A stretch of 60,000 bases of DNA from Lama glama (Eukaryota). Numbering within the stretch: the first letter of the stretch is position 1; each line of letters begins with the position of its first letter. The position numbers were made by a program, and so were the translations under genes. Below the pieces are notes generated by a model that was not told where the DNA came from, did no database searches, and saw only the letters and a program-made list of their open reading frames with translations. Positions 51,491-60,000 of the stretch are shown here, one piece after another. The stretch is from the NCBI GenBank assembly GCA_028534125.1, contig CM052817.1, forward strand, positions 77,998,001 to 78,058,000. The letters run 5' to 3'.

Positions 51491-53919
51491 GGATGTGGAT
51501 ATTTTTGAAATGTCTAAGCATAGATGTTAATTGGATGTGTCTTCTTTTGTCAAATTTGATGAAGTTATTAAAATTTGTGTACTGGAGTTTATTCTAGAGT
51601 TCTCAAAGATGGAGAAGCAGCAGCCTCAGAGAGCAGTGTACACTTTGCACAGTTAACTCTTCCCCACGATATCAATTAGTAGAAAGAAGCATTATGTTTC
51701 AGTCAAAGGACATTTCTCCATACAGTGTTCCTAATCAACTGAAGATCTAGACAGGGAACCCCCAAATTATAGTTAAAATGAGACTTTGTAAGTGCAGTCT
51801 AGAAGCTCAGAATAAGAACTAAAGAGTCATGCCAGATAGATTCCAGTTTTATTTCTTATATGAAAGGATTCAAAAATCTCTACTCTAATGTTTATAACTC
51901 CAAGCTGATGTAAGACTCTCTTCTGCCATCCCAAGAGATCATTATTATTTTATTCCAAAATATTATAATTATTTCAGGCTTACTACAAATATTAGATCTT
52001 AAAGTACATAGATTGTTTAACACTATTCTTTGTATAATTATAGTTTCATTTTGAAGAAGTTTTATAATTATATGGGGAACTGCAAATTTAAATATGTGCA
52101 ATGTGTAAGGAAAATAATGAATACTAAATCAGTTTCTACAAATGACATCTATAAGAATGTGAATTTTCAGCAAATAAGGGGGAAAATGTAGGAAACAGGG
52201 TATGTTAAGTAACTTTTTGGCAGGAAAATTGTTCCTATTTTTTCAAAGCCTTTTAATTGTTTTAGATCTTTGGAGCAAATTTTTGAAGTGATTTGTAATG
52301 TATGTATTATACCACATCTTTTTTCCCCACAGATTTAATGTTTCCTCTTCATTTCCCCCTAGTTTCATGATTCTTCATGAGCCACATGTACTTCTTCAAA
52401 GAAAGAAAAACAATTTTGCCCGCTTGGTGGAAATCTGCCTGAGGCTTTGGTATTCACAGCACAGCTTGTCTTACCTTTTACTGAGCTGGGAAAAAGTCAG
52501 GAATGTTTCATCATTTTACCATTAAAACACTTCTGGTTCAAAAGTTCTGAGATCAAGTAGACTTATATATTTTCTTGCTCTTCCAACAACAAAGAAAATA
52601 GGAAGACATTATGTCAAAATTTACTTCTGTTTGCAAACAGTCATACTGCTTTGTGGTACCTCATTGATGACTGACTGGCTAAATTCCTTTGTAAGTGACT
52701 TTGGGTATTATAAGTGGCAAATTGTAAAAAGCATTGCGAAAAATTAACTTCTGTTTTCAGGTCAATTTTTCTTTAATCTCTGGTCTGTGACTTCGATTTA
52801 GACATAGAAGCAGCAGGTTTAGCATAAAGATACTCTTAATGTAGAAGGAGACACATGAGTGTCTCATTAGAATACTAATGTTCAGGAATCCTCACAGCGT
52901 TAGCAAAGTTAATGGTTGCCCTCGGAACCGAGCCTGCTGGGGTGATGGCTCACATGCAAAGGACTCCACGTTGACAAAACTGATAAAGTCAACAGTATCA
53001 AATATTCACAAAATGACTACACAGATCCTACGAGCAATGTAGTTAGAGAGATTTAGCTGTAAGGAAATTTACTTCAGTTTGCTTGTAAAACATATTTTGC
53101 TTTCTAATGCATATTCCAATAAGCCCATCATACAAATTGACGCATGCCTTGTACTTAGGGTATAAGGGAAATAATTTACCCAAGTAATTTCTAACCACTT
53201 CCATTTTATTGTAATCCTAAGTTTTGTAAACATATGACCTAGCAAAAAAGGAACCTGACTTGGTTTCCCAAAGTCATGAGTCTCAGTATGAGTTTTTGTC
53301 GCATCCAAAGCCTGACATCCATGTGTCAGTCAAAGTAACAACATTCCCACTCCCAAAGTATTTTATTTCATGGGACTGTCAAGATTTAGGGCACTTTGTC
53401 TCTAGCATTGGCTAGTACCACTTTAAAGCTGTATATAAACCTAAGAACAAAAGTAATTGTTTAGAAAACTGAATTTGTAAATTGAGGCAATCCAATCTAA
53501 TTCCAATAATCTGTAGTTTTTCCTAATTAATATACATAAATATCTATAAATTTAACTGTCTTGAATATGACTGCAAGTGATTGTATATGCTAGTGGATAG
53601 GACCAATATTAGGACCGAAAAAAAAAGGAACTAGTAGCCTTTCATACCACATTCCTCAAGTGAGCTGCTATTAATGACTGTTGAGTTTTGGGAAACACAG
53701 TCTACAGAGAAGAGCTTGGTGTCTTTTCTTCTCTTCACCACATACAAAACTGGAGTTTGTTTTGGGAAAAGATGGGGGCACATTGGGCGGCATAAAGGAG
53801 GACACAAAAGTGTGATATGTAATTGGGTAAGGTTATGATTTCATCTATTGAAATCTGCTTAGCTACTCTGCCTACTATATGGCCATTTCTACATGTTGGG
53901 GTGGTGGGAATTAGCATTT

Positions 53920-54378
53920 CAGATACAGAGATTTAAGCTACTTTTCCTGCTATCAAGAAACTTGGGCTCAGGTTGGAATGAAGACAAGTAAACCAATCAT
54001 CATGTACAGAGCTGTAAGTGAAAAAGTTAAGGCAAACACTGAGAGCTGTGTGCACATGTAGGGAGAAGGTTCAGGGAAGATTATCTAGAGATGGAGGCAT
54101 TTAAACCAAGTTTTATTATTAGTTAGGAACAAGCTATATTAAGAAATGGAGGCAGATGGCATCCAGGTAGTAAAAGCAGCATGGGAAAATTCAAAGAAGT
54201 ATGAGGGAATCATGGAATATTTGATGAGCTTCAAATAATCACAGCATAAAGTGTGGTGTAGGAAGAAGCAAGAGCTGCAAGTATTAGAGAAGCTCAATGA
54301 TGACAGGTTTTGTATGTCATGCTAAGAACTTCAGATTTTATCCCAGAGGTGATGGGGAACCTTTGATGGTCATTTTGA
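53920..54378 (-). mobile_element. L2 fragment
   Basis: 'ggcatccaggtagtaaaagcagcatg...catgctaagaacttcagattttatcccagaggtgatggggaacctttga'. Confidence 0.85.
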
Positions 54379-54524
54379 GCTTGCTTGCTTGCTTGCTTGC
54401 TTGCTTTCTTTCTTTCTTTCTTCCTTCCTTCCTTCCTTCCTTCCTTTCTCCTTCCTTCCTTCCTTCCTTCCTTTCTTTCTTCTCTTTCTTTCTTCCTTCC
54501 TTCCTTTCTTCCTTCCTTCTTTCC

Positions 54525-54559
<35 letters not shown>

Positions 54560-54670
54560 TTCTTTCTTTTCTTTCTTTCTCTTTCTTTCTTTCCCCCTCT
54601 CTCCCTTCCTTCCTTCCTTTCTTCCTTCCTCCTCTCCTCTCCTTTTCTTTTCCTTCCTTTCCTTTCTTTT
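54379..54670. repeat. Compound (CTTG)6/(CTTT)n/(CCTT)n polypyrimidine tract
   Basis: About 290 bp of tetranucleotide repeats, pyrimidine-only after the CTTG block. Confidence 0.97.
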
Positions 54671-54954
54671 GCAGTGGGTACCATTCTTCTCTCTGCTTAA
54701 CTTTTTTTCTCTCATGATCATTGTAGTGATGGTTGAAGACATAACAGTATGTAATTTCACCTGATGGAAATCTGAAGAATGGAGAGCAAACAAGTTGTAG
54801 GACAAAATGACATCACTAAACAAAGACTTTTTTTGTTGCTCCTCCCCCCCCGACTCTTTTGGAACATTTAAACAAGTAAACATACAAAACTAAATAACTG
54901 TATGAATTATAGTTATTGAGAGCAGGGAGAATTTATAATCATTGATATTAATAA

Positions 54955-55180
54955 TTAGTATTTATTGACTAGCCACAGGCACTGTGCTAAGCATTTTTAC
55001 ATGTATTATCTAATATAATTCTTGCTAAAGACTGGTAAATAACTGCTATGATCTCATTTTTCAGATGATGAAACTGGCTTAGAGAAATTAAAAAACTTGC
55101 TCAAGTCCGTGCAGTTAGTAGATATTGAAGCTGAGATACAGAGCCTTAGTATGCCTTATTCAACATCATTACTCACTAAG
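54955..55180 (-). mobile_element. MIRb-like SINE
   Basis: 'caggcactgtgctaagcatttttacatgtattatcta...tcagatgatgaaactggcttagagaaattaaaaaacttgctcaag'. Confidence 0.85.
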
Positions 55181-57964
55181 TTGAACTGTGATATGTGAAG
55201 TAATAGCCACAGTTCTGCCCTGTCGATCCCAGCGTCAGCAACTAATGCACTCTTTCTGAAATCTTGATTATTTGCCTTGAAAGTATCTTAATTTTTAAGA
55301 TAGTTACACTCTCTAAACTCTCCTAGGTCTCGTTTTGGTTTAGTTAATACTCTCTCTGCTATTATCTTAAGTGGCTTACAGAGGAGAAGTTAGTATGTGT
55401 GCGTGTATCTGTGTCTGTGTGCGTGCACGTGCACACTAGTTCATACTAAGATCAGGTCCTTGTCCTCACAGATTATATCTAAGCATAGAGGAAAATTATA
55501 GAAGAGATACTAGACCATTTCAGAGTTCTCTAAAGAAAGTGAAAGTATAAGAATAAATCGTTACCCTGGGGAGTACTATTTAGACATAAAAAATCTGTAT
55601 TCTTAAAATCCACATTCTTAAGTAATATTTCTGTTGCTTATCTGAGCCAGAAATACAATTTTTAAAAGTATTCTGGGTGAAAAAAGTGCATGTGTGGAAG
55701 GGAGTGAAGTGAAGGTGCAATGAGTGAAGTCTTCTCTCCGCACAAACATTCCCTACTTCTGAGGGAACTTCCTGCTGAAATTGAAGGGAACAGGTATCTT
55801 AGTTCATGGACATCTCCTCAGCATAAATTATTGATCAGGCTAGAGTATATTTGTTCAAGGCCAGGTTTTCAGAGAAGTCAAACCATAAAGAAGAGCTAAG
55901 CAATGTGAATTGCTTGTATATAGTCTTTTCCATTTTACTTTTAGAATGGACCATTTTTAAATTATGTGCAATGTGACACAGTTTATCTAATTTACATGAA
56001 AATTCTCCTTTGCCCTGAAAGATTACCTGAAAAATAACCTGGGACATTAATCATGATCAACATTTCATTCCAGTCTGGAAGTTGCCAAAAGCCAAGCAAA
56101 GTTTCATTTTATCCATATTGATGTATATTACTTAAAATATTTCATATTGTTTTCAAAACATTAGAAAGATTCAAAAGTTATATAATGTTGTTCTTTCTTC
56201 CTATCTTCAAAGCAACACAGAAAACTAATATTAGTGAAATGATTGTTTTATTTAAGCATTGTGCAGATTAGTAAATCGTAAGGTTAAAAAGGCAAGATGA
56301 AATAGAGTAATTTAATTAGGCTTTTCAGTATTTTGAAAGATGACTATATTTCTTTCTATATAAGCATTTTCGTCTTAGTCACCTGAATTTTAATTTTGGA
56401 AGCATTATAGAGAAATCATTGAAGGTTGTGAAACTGAAAATAAGAATTCCCTTGCTTTCTGCTTAGTTTTTTTCCTCAATAATGGGACACATTTTCAATT
56501 AAATGATTTTTCCAATGTAGCATCAAATCACCATTATTTTCAGTAAAGCAAATTATGTATTCCTCCTTTTATAGTTTTCCCCACAATGAAGTACAGGTTG
56601 TGCACTTCAAAATAGCAGAGAAGCTGTTCCTTATTTCTGCCCTTGAATTCCTAGAGTCTGTCAAATTCCTGACCCTTTTTTGACCCTTGGCAACTATTTG
56701 TTGAATAAATGAATTATATAGATTGTCACATTTTAGAAAATAGTTGAATTCTTGGTGCTTCATGTTCATTCTGCTTCTTCGCAAATTATATGTGCTCTTT
56801 GATTTTTGTACTAGTATACTTCACCAAACTAAACATATTTGTCAGAAGGTATTGTGGACAGTAAGCCTCAGTGTGGTAGAGCACATTTCTTGAGATGAAT
56901 GGAGGGCTTTGTGAGGAACGCGGTGGTCACTATACTTACCTAGTTTTTTCTATCAAATCAAATATAACTGTAGAGCATCGTAGCAATTTTGGTCTCATTT
57001 ATCAATGTGTACTGTCATTTTTGCTGTAGTATCCTGTTGACTCTTTTGCAATAATGCAACTCTTCAGCCAGTGTGTTCTAGCACCATTTTATGCCTAAGA
57101 GGTCGTGAGTTTTCCATGTCTTTGGATTTCACGTTCTCAGCAATTTCACCTACATACAGCATGGTATGAGCACGTTCCATTTTGAAATTTCAAGAAAATT
57201 ATGACTGTAGTGGTTGGGGATAAAACTGGAAACCCTTCTTCAAATGACTTCAAGAAAGGACTCAAACTAGTACAAAGGCATGGAGAAGATAGTGAATTTT
57301 TTATTTAAAAGTCAATTTTTGAAATAAAGAAATCAGACATTTTAATAAGGACCAGAATGCAGTTTCACATAGCTGTTGATTCTCATTTTAAAAGGTTAGG
57401 CATTTTTTAATCATTCGTATAACTTGGTTTTTATAAAGAGAAGTAATAGAATTTTGTCACAATATTTCCAGTGGAATTGACTTGATATTATTCAGAAGTC
57501 ATTTTGGTCATTTGAAGCCATGCTGGGTTGCATCTCAGTTCCTGACCAAAATAATGATTATCCAACTGCTGCATAAATTACTGTAGAAATGAAAGAGATT
57601 TTCAGAAGGGTAGATAAATTACTATCACCTAAAAATTATACTCGTGTGTTATAAGATGATGACATTGCTAGTATAATTCAAGCTTACTTTTTTAAACATG
57701 CAAATGATACATGAAAGTAAGATAAAAAATTAAAATTTACCCCAAATTCTACAATTGAAAATGGCCATTATTAACAGTCTATAAATACATAAATTCGGAT
57801 ATCTCTCTAAACATAATAAGAGATTGAGATGAGAACTCACATCTGTCTTACACCCCTTCCCATGTTCCTTCCAATATACCTTCCACAGTGCCTTAAAGCA
57901 TAAAGTTGAAAGAGAAGGATATAGATTGTATACACGGCAACGTTTGGGGAATGCAAAAATCACC

Positions 57965-58280
57965 ATGACCTGGGATAGAGTGATTAAGAACTTGGATAAT
58001 GTTCTTTATAACTATTGGGAAACAATTCTATGTGAATTTCCTGTGTTTCTGCACATGGTGGGAGGAGAGGCACTTTTGTTTTGGATTATCTGTTAAAGCA
58101 TGTTTGTATAGCGAACAGCCTGGAAAGATACAGCATTTCCTTCAATAACAACGAGGGGCTTGTTGGCTGAACAGTATAGTAAAGACAACATATTCCTCCT
58201 GTGGACAGGTTTGCTTGTAGCAATTATAAAAATTGGAGCCTCCTAAGTTTGGGGGTGCCTCAGCTGTACCACAAATGCTT
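57965..58280 (+). mobile_element. ERVL-class LTR fragment (MER68/MER76/MER77-like)
   Basis: 'atgtttgtatagcgaacagcctggaaagata...caggtttgctt...tataaaaattggagcctcctaagtttgggggtgcctcagctgt'. Confidence 0.65.
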
Positions 58281-58294
58281 CACATTTCTTGATA

Positions 58295-58715
58295 GGATTG
58301 TGATTTCAAATAGAAAAACTGGAAATAACCTAAATGACTATTAATGGCGGACTGATAATAAAAATGTTGGTACTTTGATTCAGTGAGATAATATGCAGCC
58401 ATTAAAAATGTTACGCATTATTATTTACCAACATAGAAAGAAGACAGAAATATATTGCTAAATAAAATATGAAATTTAAAGTTTATTATATTTATGTGTT
58501 TCTATTTCTGGGAAAAAATGGCATATGTATCAAATATTTTATACAGGCACTGTAAAACTCTAGCTGGAAACACACCATACTCTTCGCATTGTTTAATTCT
58601 GGAGAATGGGGAATGAGTGGCAGAGTACTGCAGAGGAGAAATTTCACTAAATACAATCTACAGTGTTTAATCTTCAAATGTCATATATAGTATTTTTAAA
58701 AATTTTTAAAAGCAC
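58295..58715 (+). mobile_element. L1ME-like 3' fragment
   Basis: 'aaaaactggaaataacctaaatg...taatatgcagccattaaaaatg'. Confidence 0.75.
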
Positions 58716-58744
58716 TTCAAAAACTAACAAACAATAAATAAGAG

Positions 58745-58976
58745 AGATCTGTCTTTCAAATCAGATCCACGTGGGTATAGATCCTGACTATAATTCTTGC
58801 TGCCTCTGTGACATAGAGCAAAATATCTGACCTTAGTTTCAGTTTCCTCATATATAAAATGGGCATGTAATAATTCCTTCCTCATCTGTTTGTGGCAAGA
58901 ATTTAACAGGTTACTGATGGTGAAGACTTAGCATGGCTCCTGGTACATAGTGTGCATTTAGTAAATACATGCTGTT
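58745..58976 (+). mobile_element. MIRb-like SINE
   Basis: 'ctgtgacatagagcaaa...ttcagtttcctcatatataaaatggg...cttagcatggctcctggtacatagt...agtaaat'. Confidence 0.85.
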
Positions 58977-59689
58977 GCTAATACAGTTATTTTTGAAATG
59001 TTTAATCCTTTGCATATGGTAAAATGAATTTTTCTGGCATTCAGTATGTTGAGCATATGTCAAGATAAATAAACAAAAAAGGCAGGACAATAAATTGCTC
59101 TCTTATTATAAATTTTAACAACTATTTGTAGATGGTTGTATGAGAGATGATTGTTTTCCCTTGGGATAAATTGTAGGATTCTCCATTTTTGCTAAAAAAG
59201 CAAGAAAGGAAAATGTCGAATTATGGACTGACAGCTGATCCTGAGATGTGAACTCTGTTTCTAAGTTCTGTTTTTATCTTGGTGTGTGCACATCCAGATC
59301 ACTGTTCTTTCTCACTCAAGAGACAGAATTTTCTCTGCTACAATTTGATAGTAACCTTAGTTCTTTGATGCATTTGTGCACATGTATGTGTTTGTGTATC
59401 TAAGAGGTGCCCTTTCCCAAGAAGTTGTGATAATAGTGAAGTGAGGGCCATATGGCCTTCCAGTTTTTGGATGACATTGAGAAGTGCAATGCAATTTGCA
59501 AACAAAATGGCATACATCTTGGAGAAATTAAACTAATCCTTTTTTAATGACTAAGAATGCTATGTCCAAATTCCAAACCATTTCTCCAGAATTGATCAAT
59601 AACAAGTACACGCAGTTAAGCAATGTAAATAAAAGGAAGAAGGTAAGAAGTGCATTTAAAAAATATTGTAGTCTACAAACATAGTTTTA

Positions 59690-59890
59690 AATCAGGTCTT
59701 CATTAAAAATAATCAAATGTCCGCCCCCCACTTGTAAAGACAATGAATGGGAATGTTTAAATAAACTATGGCAAATTCTATTATAGGTATTTTTAAAAAT
59801 GAGATACTAAGCAAGTGATGATGTGGAAAGACTTCCAGGATATAGTAGATTAAAAAGGGAGGTCAGAGAATAATTATATAAATTGTCTAA
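59690..59890 (+). mobile_element. L1ME-like 3' fragment
   Basis: 'aaatgtcc...gggaatgtttaaataaactatggc...atgtggaaagacttccaggatatag'. Confidence 0.6.
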
Positions 59891-60000
59891 TGTGAAAGAA
59901 AGGTCAGAATATTTGGGTTTTAATTATTCTGCCTTTTATGGTTTTTTAAGGTTGATATATTTCTTTTCACAGGCAGCTCCAAAATCTAGCCAGAATAGTC

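Noticed and set aside
54297..54883. ORFs rich in K/E/R or F/L/S/P
   Set aside because: Translations of the tetranucleotide microsatellite
56940..57149. Minus-strand exon-like segment with a tag|gtaagt donor
   Set aside because: Weak acceptor, in-frame stop in the best frame, and no partner exons seen
1..60000. CRISPR arrays, operons, rRNA or true tRNA genes
   Set aside because: None seen; the DNA is mammalian and the only tRNA-like sequence is the SINE head

Overview
AT-rich mammalian non-coding DNA with two 500-N scaffold gaps (4696-5195, 21225-21724). It is almost certainly camelid, because a Vic-1-type tRNA-derived SINE with target-site duplication sits at 43817-43970. No intact cellular protein-coding gene is recognisable; the ORF track is mostly chance ORFs, gap read-through or microsatellite translation. 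The window carries the usual eutherian repeats: MIR, L2, old L1, MaLR/ERVL/ERV1 LTRs, Tigger, MER5 and MER58. The main result is a heavily decayed minus-strand segment from about 24.85 to 28.96 kb. Its translation, allowing stops and frameshifts, matches the bornavirus L protein (RdRp/PRNTase) in collinear order, which makes it an endogenous bornavirus-like L element (EBLL). It is split by a Tigger1-family transposon and an L1 3' fragment. Weaker collinear traces of G, M and N continue upstream to about 31.85 kb, suggesting a near genome-length fossil in orthobornavirus order N-(P not seen)-M-G-L. All viral matches are by-eye alignments to BoDV-1 protein sequences recalled from memory, with no computed scores, and need a frameshift-aware search. 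Repeat subfamily names are likewise from recall and are approximate.
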